Shown here piece by piece: positions 12,986 to 27,562 of a stretch of 64,000 bases of DNA (positions are counted from its first letter, which is position 1; each line of letters opens with the position of its first letter). Below the pieces are notes generated by a model. That model worked only from the letters and a program-made list of their open reading frames with translations, did no database searches and was not told where the DNA came from. A program made the translations under genes and the position numbers. Location: the NCBI GenBank assembly GCA_016748015.1, contig JAAOMT010000566.1, forward strand, positions 293,579 through 357,578, read 5' to 3'. This DNA is from Geosiphon pyriformis uo1 (Eukaryota > Fungi > Glomeromycota).

Positions 12986-15900
12986 TTAAATTTGTTTCAT
13001 TCGTGACAAACTGTCAGCATTTCCATTGTCTTTTCCTTTTTTATAATGTATGATATAAATATATGACGCAAGTGCTATTTTCTATCTTGACTGTCTTCTG
13101 TCTCCAAATTCTTGTTTTTGGAATGATGTCAATCCTTTGTGATTTGTGTATACCTCAAACTTTTGGCTCAAGTATTCTTTCCATTTCATAACTGCCCAAT
13201 AGATTGCTAAATATTCTAATTCTGGTGTTCCATAGTTCTTTTTGGCTGGTGTTAAACCTCAGCTGACATATGTGACTGAATGTTCTCTTCTATCCAATCC
13301 TCTCTAAGATAGTACTGCTCCCAATGCTTGACCTGATGCATCAGTGGTAATAATAAATGGTTTACTATGATCTGAATAGATCAATACTGAAGCTTAAATA
13401 AGCTTTCTTCTTAAGATGTCCAATGCTTCTTGCTGGGTTTTAGTCTATTCATACTTTGTATTTTTGGTTTGAAGATCATTGAGTGGTTGTGCTATCTTTG
13501 AAAAGTTCTTTATGAAACATCTATAATAGTTTGCAAATCCCAAGAATGATTTCAGCTCAGTTATATTGGTTGGTATTGGAAAGTTTTTTACTATTTCTAT
13601 TTTCTCCAGATCTGTTTTTATGCTGTCTTTGCTAACTATGTGTTCTAAGAATTTTAGTTCTGTTTTGCCAAAAAAAACACTTTGTTGCATTCAATTTTAA
13701 TCCTGTTCATTGTAGTCTTTTGAACACTTGTTGGAGATGATGTAGATGATTATCAAATGTTTTTAAGAACACATTGGTGTCATCCAAGTATACAACTACT
13801 GATTTCCACAATAAGCCAGTGTACACGATTTCCATTAACTATTAAAATATAGCTGGAGTATTGGTTAAGCCGAATGGCATAACTTCAAACTCAAAGTTTC
13901 CCTCTCTTGAGGTAAACACCATTTTTTCTTTGTCAGCTGGATTCATGGCTACTTGCTAGTAACCACTATCCAAGTCTAACGTTGAGAACCATTTGTTTCC
14001 ACCGAAAGCATCAAATAGTTCTTGTATTCATGGAGTTAGATAGCTGTCTCCATAAGTTATATCATTGAGTTTCCTATAGTCTACACAAAATTGGATTTTT
14101 CCATTTTTCTTATAAATGAATACTACTGATAATGACCATGGGCTCATTGATGGCTGAATTAATTCATTGTCAAACATTTGGTTGATCTCTTGACAGATGA
14201 TTTCATGGCTGGCTGGTAGTACCCTATATGCTTGCTGTTTGATTGGTATTGTATCTCCAGTCTTGATCTGATGCTGGATAATATCAGTTCTGCCAAATTC
14301 ATTTTCACTGGTGAAGATGTCATTGAAATTATTGAGTAACATCTTTAATTGCATTTGTTGAAGTGAGTCTAGATTTCTCATGTTCATCTGTTCCAATTGT
14401 TTTGGCTGTAACAAATAACATTTGTTTCGTCTGTAGATGGTTTGTGATGTAATGTCCACATATCCACAAAGCTGTGGAAAATCTGGAATGCTGCTTGGTG
14501 CTTGATCTTCAATTTCCATGGTTAAATATCCAAGAGTGGTTCCTTCCAGTATTTCTACAATATTTCTGGTGTTGTTGTAAATGGGAATTTTGATATGGTT
14601 ATGGCTCTTGGCTGGTATATATAGATTGATAAGTCCAATTTCTCCTGATTCACAAAGGGTTGCTTCTGCTTCAAAAATCTGTTCTTGCTCCTTTTTTCTT
14701 CTTTTTATTGCTAACATGTATTGGCTATATGGTGGAATGAAAACTGTTTGACCAGTTGAGATAATTTCTCCTTGGCTAATAATTTTTTCCTCTACCATAT
14801 TGACTGGTACATCTATTCTACTTGTTGATCCAAATCTTTGTATCCCTTTTGCTGTTATCCTTAATTCTTCCCTATTTCCCACTGACATTAACTGAGCTAT
14901 TTTAACCAGAGGCAGGAATATTGTCTATGTTATCCTTTCATTTGGCTTTATAACATAAGCTTTTTCTGAGTTATTTTGTAGCATAACAATGATATTTCCT
15001 ACATATCCTGTATTAATTATTCCTCCTCTGATGTTTATCCCTCTTTTCACTAAACTACTTTTTGAAGTTAGTTGAACCATTGTTGTTGCTGGAATTCCCA
15101 AAGCTATTTTGAGATCTATGCAGGTATGCAAATGTGGTTCCAATTTAATAGCATTTTTTCCTGAATACCTTAGATCAAATCTGGTATTAGTATCATGTAT
15201 GCATTCTGGATTTTAGTTCCAATTTTCTGGTCAGATTAGGGATTGTAATATATTGTTCATATTTTAAATCAGAGTTTGAATCTGAGCTTGAATCATCGTC
15301 ATTGTTATTGCTATTTTGAATAGAGCTGGAACTGGTGTTTTTATCATTATCATTGTCGGAGTTTGAATCAAGATCAAATGGTGATTCTGATTCTGATGCA
15401 CAGCTGCTGATTGGTTCCTCTTTCTCTAGGATCGTGTGGATTATGCAGATTGGTGGATTGTAAATAAGGTCATACTCATTACAATATTAAAAGTCACATA
15501 AAATTAAACAGTAGTTACATAATTGAGTGTTTAGCTGTGCTAACTGCTCTTCCTGTTTCTTTTTGGTTGGTGCTAAATTTTGATAATGTTCATAGAAGTC
15601 TTTTGGGTTGGTCTCAATGTCAAAGAAAGCATCTGGGTTGGGAACTAAGATAATATTGACTGGTTCTGGAGGATTGTTCTTGATTTTCAAGATTTTACTG
15701 GACATGGTGCCTTCTACTTTGGTATTTGCCATCTGCCAGATTTTGTCTTCATTGTGTGGATATCCGTTTAAGCAAGAGATTGCTCAGTGCCAAGTGGCAG
15801 TTATTGGCATACCATGACTTACCCAGTCACTGATGAGAATCATGTACTAACACGAAGTGTCACACATTCTTTTTTGACCAGGAATATTGTTCCACATTCC

Positions 15901-18900
15901 TTTGTCGAGCAACTGTTTACTGCAAGTGAGACATGGTTTGTTGTTCTACTTGCTTTGTCTTTTTGAGTAGCCATATCATTTGCAGTGGCAAGACTTGCAA
16001 TAATAGTGGGTTTGCATCCAGTAATCTTCGTTTGGTGTGATCCAAGCTCCCATGAAAGAAAGTTTCTTTTCACAATCTTTACATTTGAGCAGTATGTGTG
16101 GTGGTTGTGGCAATGGTTCATAGATGGAGTACAAACTTGTCCAGCCACTGGTTACTTGAGGTGTGTTGGTGGTTTGTTCAGGTGACTTGTCTTTCTTTTT
16201 TTCTTTCCTCTTTTCTTCCCAGCTAGTTGTCAGTATGAATTCACTTTCGTCATCTTTATTTCAAGCATCAATAGTGGTTTTCCAAGTAGATTCTTCTCCC
16301 TGTTTCTTCTTTTCATTGTTGTTGTTATCCCAAATGAGTATTGGCAGCAATTTGTTGTGGTCAATATTGGCCCACAAGACTTGGTATGCTTCCTAAATAG
16401 GTTTCACTTTTTCATTCTCAAATTCAATAAGTGGTGTTGATGACATGGTAATGGGCTTGAAGTGGCCACATGTGGCTGGTACCCATATGTGTTAACTATT
16501 CTGGCTAAGCTGGAGCTTTTGGGTGTTCCAATCTAGTGTTGCGTTGGTTTTGGACAGCCATTCATTTCCAATGAGTGCTTGGTATTGAGTGGCTTTCATG
16601 ACGAGTACTTTAATTGGTACTATGATGCCATTGACTTCTATGGGGAAATCCTCAATCTTTCCAATAGGTGTTTTGGTCGCTCCATCAGCTGTAATAATCC
16701 TGGTGCTGGCAGCGCAATCAATTCGGTAACCTAATTGATCCATGAATTGTCTTGTGATGATACTGCCAGCTGATCTACTATTTAGGATCAGTTTGATAGA
16801 GTGACCATCAACTTTTGCATCAGTGTACATCATAGTGATGGGTTTCTCCTTGAGTGCTGCTCCACTGAACAAAGGTGGATTGATGGTTTCCTCCAATTTG
16901 AAAGAAAAGATGGCTGCGAGAAATTTGTTTTCAGTGACCATTACTGGTGGAATATTGTTAGGGAGTGTTGTTTGGGGTGGGTTGAATTCTGAGTTGTTGG
17001 TGATGGCATCTTCTGGGATAACCAGGAGACTTAAATAGTTCTGAGAATTCGGGTTTTGGGTGAAACCAGTACCCGGATTCCACTGTCGAGAGCCTGATAA
17101 TTGGTGAGAAGAGCTGGGGATCAGTTGATAAACAACCATTGCCGATCTCCAGTTTTGAGTGATTCTAGGTCTTGGGTTTCCTGATGTTATTTGAGTGGAG
17201 TTTTGGAGTGGTGTTTGAATTGGTTGTTGGGGCTGATAAATTATTTGGGGCTGTGACTGATAAATTACTGGTGGCTGTGATTGATAAATTGGAGGTTGAT
17301 ATATTGGTGGTGGATAAATTGGTTTCTGTGTTATTGGCAGGTAAGTGTTTTGATATTGGTCTTGATTTGGATAGTGATTCTGAGTCTGAAATCTGTAATC
17401 GGGGTTTCTATATTGATTTCCCAATCATGAATTGTTGCTATAAAATCAACAGTCAGCTCTAATATGACCTTGTTTACCACAATTGTGGCAAACACACATT
17501 TCTGGCTGCCACGGCTAATTGGTGGAGGATGATAGATGTAATTGATTTGGGAAACAATTTACATTTCTTGAATTATTGTGTCATTGAGATGGTTAATAGA
17601 TTGCATGATTGTTCACTAAGTATTTTTTTATTTTCTGATTGATTGTATCACTAAATTGTTTTAGTTTGAAATCCAAGTCAGATGATTCTTTCATTACTAA
17701 ATTAATGGCTTGAACATGGTTGGCTTCAGACTCAGCAGATTTGAAATCTCTGGCATGTGTAACTGTGTCTTGAAGGGTGTCTGGATGTGACAGACATATA
17801 TGTTGCAAGATGTTGCTGTGCAGACCACAGATAAACTGGTTGAGGATTTGTGGTGCTGTAAAATAGTTGGCATCAATTGCTTGGATTTGGCACAGATTTT
17901 GATAGAAACGTCTCAAGTAAGTAGTAACTGCTTCTGTTTCTCCTTGTTTCATAGTGCTAAATGTATTGGCTAACCAGTTGATACTGTTATTGTTGCTAAA
18001 GTATCTTAAAAATCCCACTTTGAAGGCATTGAAGTCTTGTGGTTTATTAATCAAGCTCTGATACTATGAATTGGCAGTATTCTTAAGAAAGTAGAGAATG
18101 ACTTGCATTGCTCAGACGTCATTCCATCCATTAGCTGCGATAGCTTTTTCTATGTCATTCAGCCATACCTGAGCATAGTTCTCTTCGCCAGTAAAATTGT
18201 CAAGTTTTGTGATTGGTGCATAAGCCATTGGATCTAAGTTGAGTTGTTGTGGTGGCTGTTGAAGCAGTTGTTGTTACATGAGTTGTTGAGATGGTAGTTG
18301 AAGTGGCTGCTGTATGGGTTTGGCTATTGGATTAATCAGTGGTTGATCAATAATGATTACTGGAGGTAAGTTTTGTTGATTTATTAAATCAGGGTTTCGA
18401 TTATCCTGAGTTGGCAGTGTCTGAATATTTGAAGTTTTGATTTCCAGATTTTTTGGATTTAGATTTTACTGTGTTTGAGAATTCAGAGTTTCAAATTCCA
18501 GATTTTCAGCAATCAGGTTCTGGTAAGTGAATTCTTGATCCTCAGCTTTTTCTTCTTCCTCTTCTTCTGATTCTGTTACTTTTTACAGATCAGAAATTCT
18601 GAAATCTGGGGGAGGTGGTGGCGATCAGAGTCCTGATAGCGTTGATGATCACGAATTAAATCCTTCAAAATACGTGCCATATGGTCCTAATAACTCTGCT
18701 TTCCTTTGCTTACTTTGAAATAAGAATCATCCAAATGCTGATGTCGTGTTTGATGTGGTCACACCAGTAGATGTAATATTAATGGCACTTCTGGGTGTAT
18801 AGTGATATGATGGATTAGTTGGGGACTCAACTTTTGTTTTCTTCCATGTAGGTGGTTGTATTTTTTTGGGTATTACTGCTGGTGTTTGCAGTTTTCCTTT

Positions 18901-19221
18901 GCCTTTGCTTGCATAAGTAATGGGGTATCTTTGTTGTGTATGATGTTTAATTTCTTTGTTGATTTTTGTGATGATGGAGGCCAAATTGTGATTTGTTAAC
19001 AGGTTGGTATTTAGAATTAATTCACTGTAAAAGGCTTTTCTTGCCAATTTAATATTTATTGGTGTTCCTAACAGATAGACAATTCTTTCATTGACATAGA
19101 AATTAAAAGCTGATTCCACTGATATGTGGTTGTGATTTAATCCCAAATGTTGACAGTAGTGTTGAAATAAGAATTTTGCAAATCCTAGATGGTTTGCTCC
19201 TATGTTTTCTGATTCTGCCAC
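12986..19221 (-). pseudogene. gag-PR-Cys-rich-dUTPase-RT-RNase H polyprotein of element A
   Basis: ORF fragments show capsid, zinc knuckle, protease (LIL(D)S(G)SAGS), dUTPase (GINIRGGII(D)TGYVG..(G)FGST), RT (FCVDYRKLN, YLDD) and RNase H. The frame ends NADSLSRMKQI-stop. Confidence 0.9.
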
Positions 19222-19262
19222 TTTTAGATTTGTGTTGGTGCTGGTTCTCTGTAAAATTATAT

Positions 19263-19280
19263 CTCACAGAGAGCACCAAA
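19263..19280 (-). promoter_or_regulatory. Primer binding site of element A (TTTGGTGCTCTCTGTGAG)
   Basis: TGG-starting sequence 2 nt after the 5' LTR end. The cognate tRNA was not identified. Confidence 0.8.
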
Positions 19281-20151
19281 TGTTACAGGTAACTATTTCT
19301 GGTGTTGGATTAAGTAACAAACCCATAACTTGGTGCTCAAATCTAGTTGCAATTGATAGTGATCTGAAGGTTTGTGTCTGAAGAGTTTGTATCTGAAGGG
19401 TTTGGTTGAGTTCTTTGTATAATGGACAGAAATTTAATGGTAATAGTTTTATCTGTAGCTTCCCGAAACCACAGTTTCATCAATTTCTTTCTCAGCTTGA
19501 TGGCTGGTATTCCTCCTGGTAAGCTATTCTTAATCGAGTGTTCTACTCTTATTTCTGGGTCTTTTACCAGTTATGTTTATCTTGACATCAGTACCCCATG
19601 CATTAATCCTTAATAGAGTTAGTAAACAACAATAAAATCAAAGCAAAAAATAAAGAAAAAAAAAGAAAATAAAGAAAGAAAAGAAATAAGCCAAGGCAAT
19701 TTGCAAGTTAGTATTCTGTTAATAGCCATGATCAAGAGCTATTGTTCCAGTATAGTTAAGTATCAATTACTATCAACATGAAATGTTGATAGTGGCAGCA
19801 GATTTGAGATAATAAACAGTTATTTATTTGTGGTTTGGAAAGTTGTTTAGATGAAATCTAAACTGAGAGATCTGTCTTTTTAGCTTCTAATCCTACTGCT
19901 ATATATACATAATTGAGATTCCTCAATTCCTCAATTCTTCACAACAGAAATTCTGGGATTCCTGGAATCTTGCAATTCCTTTGAGAAGAATCCTGAAATT
20001 CTGGAATCCTGTGATTCCTTGTGAGAATCCTGTAATTCCTGGAATCCTGCAATTCCTGAGAGGAATCCTGGAATTCCACATTTTACTACGTTTACTTTTG
20101 ATTGGTTAATAACTATGCTAATATATATTCCCTATATTTTTATGAATAACA
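19281..20151 (-). repeat. 5' LTR of element A (871 bp)
   Basis: Repeat of 10052-10846 with extra GGAATCCTG-type tandem units at ~19945-20080. Confidence 0.92.
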
Positions 20152-20645
20152 TCATAAATATATTTTAAAAAACAATAATTTTTCTTTAATTAACAAAAAA
20201 AAGAATTTTAAAATTATTTTTTATTATATATAATTAAATTTAAATTAAACACTATAATTAATATAATTATAACAAAAATAATATAAATATTAATAAAAAC
20301 AATTAAACAAATATCTTATTTTTAACAAAAAAAACAAGTCTTAAACCAAAAATAATGCTTTAAAAAATACCAAAAAAATATTTTTTTCTAATATTTTAAA
20401 AAATTAATATAAATAATAATAATAATAATAATAATAATTTACTTTTTGGTTTTCTTATTTATTTATTTAATAAAAAATCATAAAAAAAAGTAGCTTTATT
20501 ATTGATTTGCTAAAAAAAATTTTGGGTTTTTTTATAATAATAATAATTATATTAAAATTAATTTTAATTAATTACTTAAAAAACTTTAAATAAAAAATAA
20601 TTTTTATTTAAAGCCAAAAATAATAGTTTAATAATAATTAAAAAC

Positions 20646-20680
<35 letters not shown>

Positions 20681-20760
20681 AAAACATAACTTTTTTGGTT
20701 TTTATAATAAATAATAATTAATTAAAAATAATCATATTATTAAATATAATTAAATATAAA

Positions 20761-23700
20761 ACTTTTTTTTCTCTCTTTTATCCCAAATTCCTGAAAAAGA
20801 GTCAAAAAGTTTTTTGAAAGAAGTTTTTTACAATTCAGTATAATAAATCTAAACTCTTTATTCTTGACTATAAGACCACTATTGACTGTAGTATTGCTGT
20901 CATAAAAATGGTTGCTAAAATTTCTAGTTCTAATGATAACTTCAGGCCTGTTCTTCCAAAAAAAAGAGAAGAGGTGGCATTTTAGAAGATGGTTCTGGTG
21001 GTAAAAAAATTGGCCTTAAAGTTTAGAGTAGTTACTCATGGAATTTAGAGACTGGTGACACTACAGAATCTAATAGTATTAATATAAAGGAGGAGTGTTT
21101 AGTAGAGAAGACCAGCTTCAATTATGGTGAAAGCAGTGTTTTTGCTGGTAATAATCCTAATCAAATGCTCATAAGCTCAAAAGTCAAAACTAAAAAGACA
21201 TTGGATAAACCATTAAGAAAATTTAATTTTTCATTATGTAGTGATAATAGTAATGTTTTTTTGAATGGTTCTGTGGTTTTTCCCCCTTTCTCCTTTGAAA
21301 AACTTGGTCAATATTCTTGTCAGAAAGTTTTTTACTCTGAATATTGGTCTAGATAAAGTGATTGGCAAAACATTTCAAGAAAAATATGCTGTTATTAAGA
21401 AGTTATTTTCTGAAATCAATGGTTTTAGGGGGGGTCTCTACCTTCTCAAAATTTGCTGAGATAATTAGAGCAATGTTTACCTCCAAATTGGGCTTAATAA
21501 AAACCACTGAAAAGGCTACTAGTGTAAAAATTGTGGTAAATACCAATCTCAAAAAATTTACTGGATGTTCAGATTGGGCTGTGGTGTTGAAAAAAATTCC
21601 AATTGGAATATTGGCTAAGGCTGTACATGCCACACTATCCAAGTTTGATATAATTAAGTCGATCAAAATACAATTGGTAAGACTGTGACAAAAAGCATTG
21701 GTTGAGTTTAAACATTCAAATTATGCTAATTTGGTCACAGCAAAATAGTTTATCCTAATTGAAAAAGATGCAGTGCATGTTGCTAGATCTAATATGAACA
21801 AAGAATCTTGGGATGTGAGAAATATATATAAGGCTCTTTTATATACTCTGTAAATAGAAACCAATGCACATAATATTTGGAACTATGTTACTTTAGTGAG
21901 TGAAAAAATCTGTGTTATTGACTGTCATCCAGTTTCTTATGCTCAGACCAGGTGTACTGCTGTTTGTTTTGACTTGGCTGAATCATTAAATGCTATTATG
22001 GGAACCACACCAGTTCTAAGGAGTGTTAATTTGCACTGGTCTTGTCTCATCTTGGCTAAGTGTTTAAAGTGTAAGAACTTTGGCCATATATCTTTAAACT
22101 ATATGGCTGGTGAGAAGAGTGTTTCTTCTGGTGCCTCAACTTATAGAATTTTTTCGAACACAGATAAAAGCAGACTGTTCATCATTTATGCCAAACATTT
22201 AGCACCAGTTGCTCATCCAATTTCTTTTAGTGGTATCTCTTGGGTGAAAATAGTTGATGAATCTTCTTTCTCTCTTTTTCTTGTTTATAGTAGTTCTGCT
22301 TATTCTAGTTCTTTTTTGGAGATGAAACCTCTCTCACCTGTGTTTTTAGATTTGAATGTTAGGTTTGCTGTTCTTGAGTGTAGTCTTGCCAGCCTTGCAA
22401 AATATATTGATCAGTTGGTTAAGAGGTTGAATACATCTGGGCCAATAGTTTCCCAGTCTAGCCCTGAATGTCAGCCATTGATAATTTCTTCATCACAGAA
22501 TCAAGGAGCAAATATAGTGATGAGTGAGAGTTTAGATGTGGCCACTAGGGGTGAGACTATTGCAAAAGTGATGGTTTTTGATCTCTCAGCTATCTCAAAA
22601 ATAGAAAAAACTTTAAACAATCTGTCAATCACAGTTATGAATCTTTTGGCTAAAATAAACAATGCTGATTTGGTTCCTATTATTTTTTTTTCTTAATGAC
22701 TAATTTGATCTGAAAAATTGCTACATGCAATGTTAGAGGCATAAACAATCCTGCAAAGCAAGACAATATTGTGCATTGGCATAAGGACATGAACAATCTG
22801 ATTTCGATTTTTATGGAAACTAAGCTGAAAGAGAAAATACATTCATAGATTGTTAACAAATTTGGTGGTGTCTGTGTATTTACTTCTGGTTTGAACTCTA
22901 GTTACTTGGGGTCAGGTGTTGTTGTGGTCATGAACAATTTTTTGGCAAGGCATGTGTGTAAGATTTCTGAAGTACTTGGTTGGCTTCTTTTTATCAAGTT
23001 GTTTTTTAAAAATAAGCTTTCTGTTTTGATTTTGGGGCTTTACACTAGAGCTTCTCTTATAATCCATCTTTTTCAGGCTGATGAAATCAATTCACTCATG
23101 GCTAGAGCTGTGAATGAATCTTTTTTTATTGTTTTTGGTGGCAATTTCAATAAAAATGATTCTCATAGATGTACCAGCTTTAAAAAATGTCTTGATCTGG
23201 AGTTAGTTAATTCTTTGGTTGAGAGTTTGGCAGTGTGAGCATTTACTTGAACAAATTCTCAAAGAGTTGTAAAAATAATTGATTATGTGTTTGTTTCTTC
23301 AAATTTGGTCAGTGCATTGGTATATTATAATATTCTGAATGTTAGTAAACATTTTAACACTAATCATCAGACTGTTTCTGTGTCTGTGAGTTTGAGTAGA
23401 TTATTAAACACACAGTTGAACTCTCTTCACAAACAGGCAAATATGAATTGTTGAAAGTTTGATATCAAGAGTGTTGATGAGGTTAAGTAGTGTGAATTCA
23501 AAGTGTCAACAGCAGCAAATGCTGTTATGTTTTCTGATGAATTTGTTTCCTCTATGGTGTTTTCTAATCTGGATTCTATGTGGAATATTGTTTATAAGAT
23601 AATGGTTTTTTTGGCTAATGAAATGTTTAAAAAGAAATAGTTTAAGAGCTTTAATAGTGTCTTCACCAAGAGTTCTTTTAGGTTTCACAAATTGGAAATT

Positions 23701-26700
23701 TTGATTTCAAGAATTGTTAAGACATCTTGTAAAAAAGACTTTGTTAGACTTATATCTTTGATGGATCATTGGGCTTCTTTGGACTCTGATAAAGCCTTGG
23801 CAGTACAGGTTCTTTTGGATTCTGGTGTAAGTTTTGATTGTGTTAAATCTGCTTTTTTTGGTGTATGAAAGTCTTATTATGCTTCTAAACTTGCTGAATT
23901 TTTGAGAGCTCAAGAGTTAAATATTAAGTCTGCTATTAATAGGTGTATAGAGAGTTTTGCTTTTGATAAAAGTCATACTATCAGAAGTGTTTTGAAATAT
24001 TCTTTCCATAAAATAGAATTGGACTATCTGGTTGTTGGTAATAAATTAATTCTGGAGCCTAGTTTGGTTAAGACTAAGGTGAATGTGATTATGGAAGAAT
24101 GGACTAGGAGATACAAGGTAGTTGCTGATATCTTTAGTGAATGGTCTCATTAATACCAGTCTTTGGAGTATGTTTTTGATAGTGCATTCTCAGATGTGAT
24201 GCATTCAATTGATTTTAATGAATTGTTTGGTGTGATTTCTGATCTGCCTAATGACAAAGCTGCTGGTCTTTTCAGTATTCCCAATGAACTCTGAAAGCAC
24301 TGTAACAAGTCCATTTTGGGTATGCTTTTGGAGCTTTTGAACACTTGTTTGTTTTATGAATCAGTGCTTAGTTTTTGGAGAAAGGCTTGGGTCTCAATAA
24401 TCACTAAACCATATGAATAAGAGAGCATTTTCACAAACACCTATTCTATTGCTTTGATTGAAATGACTCATAAAATTCTCTCCAAGATTCTGTCTGATAG
24501 GATTTCTCTAATATGTAGCACCTTTGATGTTCTTTGTGGTAACAACTTCTCTGTTCTAAAAGGAATGACTACACAATCACCCATTTTTGCAGTTGGTTTG
24601 GTAATAGAGGATGCTTTGGAGAAGAACTGTAAACTCTAACTGGTTTTACAGAACATGCAAAAGGTATATGATTCTGTTGATTAAGAGCATCTTAAGAATA
24701 GTTTAATTAGGATTAAAATGTGTAGCAAGTTCATATGTTTTTTTGGTAGTATTCATTGCAATTGTGTTAACAAAGTTATGACTGACTTTAACTTAACTGA
24801 TGGTTATTATATTCATGATAGTTTAAATTAAAGAAAGATCTTCTTACCACTTTTCTGGCACATATTCTATGATTCTCTCCTTTGTGAAGTCAAAAAACAG
24901 GAAAGTATGTATGAGTACAAGTTAAATTCTTATTTCATCTCAAAAAATAGTCATCTAAAATCTAGTGCTAAGTTGTTTTCTTTCTTTGTTACTGGAGCTT
25001 TTGTCAATGATACAATTTGGGTTAACAGTAGTCAGAATATTATCCAGCATATTTTCAATATTGCCAGTAAATTTTTCCAGGTCAATAACATTTTCATTAA
25101 TACAGACAAGACTGTTGTTATCCCTATTAATTATAGAGTTAGTAATTCTTTTTTGTTTATTAGTGGTTCACTTATTGCTATTACCAAAAAAAGGAAATCG
25201 TATCATTATCTAAGCATTTTTTTTACAACTAAAAGTCTTTCAAAGCCTAGCTTGGCCAAAGCACAGTCTAATGTTCAGTTTTTCTCTAATCTTGTACTAA
25301 GAAAAGCCATTTCAGATAAGCAATTTTTGTATCTTGTTTCAGTAGTTTTCCATCTTATTGTAAGCTATAAAACTCAGTTCAGCTTCATTTCTCTCAATAT
25401 ATACAACAAATAGGATGCTCTAATTTAAAAAAGTTTTAAGTTGAAATCTGGTCTTTCTCTTAACTTCTTGAGTGATATGATCTATTACTCTTCCTTTTAT
25501 GGTTTGAAATCTTTCAAACAGATGCAAACTGAAGGTAAAATAGTGTTGTTTGTGAATTTTGTGAACTCTGGTGAGATTTTGGGTCATGTGTTCTTTCATA
25601 AATTTTATAATTTGCAGGTTTTGTGTTAGCATCCCATTTACTCTTTGAGTTTCTCAATTCGTATTCACATTAATCTTTTAAATAACTTTTTAGCTGGTGT
25701 GATTCATATTTTTTCAAAATACAATCTGTTTTTAAGTGGCTCTTCAAGCAATCTTTTTTGTCATCAGGGTGGGATCCCTATGTCAATAGTTTTTGGTGAA
25801 TCTAAATTCTGTATGTGTTCTTTTTCTCTCTATCATTATGGCATTGTCCACATAAATTAGCTTTGTAATTATTATGGTGCTATTTTTAATTAAAAAACTT
25901 TTAAGTACTGGAAGAGATTGAATCCTCATGGTCTGGTTTTTGATTGGTTCAGTCTTTCTGTTGTCTTCCTCAATAGTGTGGCTTTTATTTCTATTTATTC
26001 TTCTTTTCTTAAGGGTATTAATAGTTCTTTAAGCATTTTTGAGTCTCAGAAGTTTAAATTGGTATGTGATTGGTTGTTTTGTGTTAGTGTTGGTAGTCTG
26101 TTTGTCTATACAGATGGTTTTCTAAAGGATTTGAGCACCATACATAAGAAGGCTGGTGCTGCTGTCTTTTTTAAAGACATTGGTTTGTGTTTAAATGTAA
26201 AGATTTCTGGTTTATTGTCCTCTACTTTGATAGAGCTACAGGCCATAGCTCTAGCATTTGAGTGTGTTCCTTCTTTTAGCTCAGTATGTTTATATTTTGA
26301 TAGTCAGACTGCTTTGGATGTGTGCAAGTCGGAACTATATTTAGTTTGTTCAGATTTTTACAATTGGTGCTGGATGAAATGTTAGCATGTTGTGGACATT
26401 ATTTGTCACAAAAATTTAAGAATAAAGTGGCTTAAAGTGAAAGATTACTCAGATGTTGTGGAGAATGATTGTGTGGATGCTTTTGCTGTTATTGCTTCCC
26501 TTTCTGATTGGTTCCTTCCACCCTGTTTGAAAAAACATTGCCTTTTGGCTAATGGTAATCTTGTTTCTGGTAATTCTAGGCATTTTATTTGTGATATTTT
26601 TAGATTTGTTCATCATGCACATTAGAAGGTTGGTTTTGGTTCTAAGGTTTTAGTGAGTGATTTATTATCAGACATTGATTGGCTGAGTTTTTTCTTGGTG

Positions 26701-27520
26701 TGGCATTCTGATTTACATATGGCTGCAGATTTTATAAGCAAATCTTCTGTCAGCTTGTATATATATTTTATGAAGGCCTTATATTATTGGCTACCTGTTG
26801 CTGTTTAGAAGTGTTTCTATTCCAGACATTACCCTAGTATATTGTGTTTGTTCTGTAATAATGTAAAGGTTTTGGATCATGTTTTTTCTTGTAAAATTGA
26901 TTTTTTTATCTATTGTCAATTGTTAAATACCCATGTAGTTTTCTGAGAGCTAATTTTTGGTTTTTTTCATTCTTTTTCTTGTGTGTTTTAGCTTTTGTCA
27001 TTTTGTGCTTGTAATATCTCTGTATTTACAGTCCTTTACAAAGATTTTGTTTTTAAAGATTGGTTTCAAGAGACTGTGTTCATTTTTCATAATCCCAAAA
27101 TTGCAAGTCAGAGAATTGTGGATTTTATGTATGCTTTTAGTCTTACTTTCAAGAATTGCATCTGGTTAGTTCATGCTAAATATCATGCCTTTATAGAAAA
27201 AAATTGGCTAATTCCACTTGATAGTTCAATTCTTATTTCAATTTTTGGGATGTTTTCAGAGTTGTTTGCTAGTATTATCAGGTTGCTTGGTATTGCTGAT
27301 GCTTTTGGTGTTTGCTTTGGTTTTTGTAAATCATATTCATTCTTTTCAGGTGTTGGCAAAGATGTTTCAGTTCACATAGTTGCTTAGTGTTGTTCTGGTT
27401 AGTCTGAGTGACTGGTTACATATAGAAAAAGCATGATTTGTGTCTAGTTTAAATCATTTATTTGATGTATTATATTAGATAGTATTTGAATCTCACTCAT
27501 AAAGCATTAATAAAAAAAAA
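20761..27520 (+). mobile_element. Full-length degenerate non-LTR retrotransposon (ORF1; ORF2 APE-RT-RNase H)
   Basis: Pyrimidine-rich 5' end matches 42178. ORF1 runs to 22696. ORF2 starts ~22696 and shows KIATCNVRG (APE), GGNFN, RT AFV(D)DT and RNase H VYTDG..ELQAIALA, ending at 27387. 3' UTR and poly(A) follow. Confidence 0.9.
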
Positions 27521-27562
27521 ATTATTAACAATAAAATCTAATTATTATGTATTATAATATAA

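Larger units (their letters stand above)
10052..20151 (-). mobile_element. Full-length degenerate Ty3/Gypsy LTR retrotransposon, family A
   Basis: Paired LTRs with TGTTAC..GTAACA-type termini, 4-bp TSD TCAT (10048-10051 and 20152-20155), PBS and PPT. Domain order is gag-PR-dUTPase-RT-RH-IN. Confidence 0.95.

Noticed and set aside
20413-20680. (TAA)n and (ATT)n tracts as telomeric or functional repeats
   Set aside because: They are short microsatellites, most simply retroelement tails like the one at 2990-3020.
27400-27435. CTGAGTGA...GAAA as a hammerhead ribozyme core in the LINE 3' UTR
   Set aside because: It does not fit CUGANGA spacing, is not conserved in the 2864 copy, and the GAAA lies in a hairpin loop.
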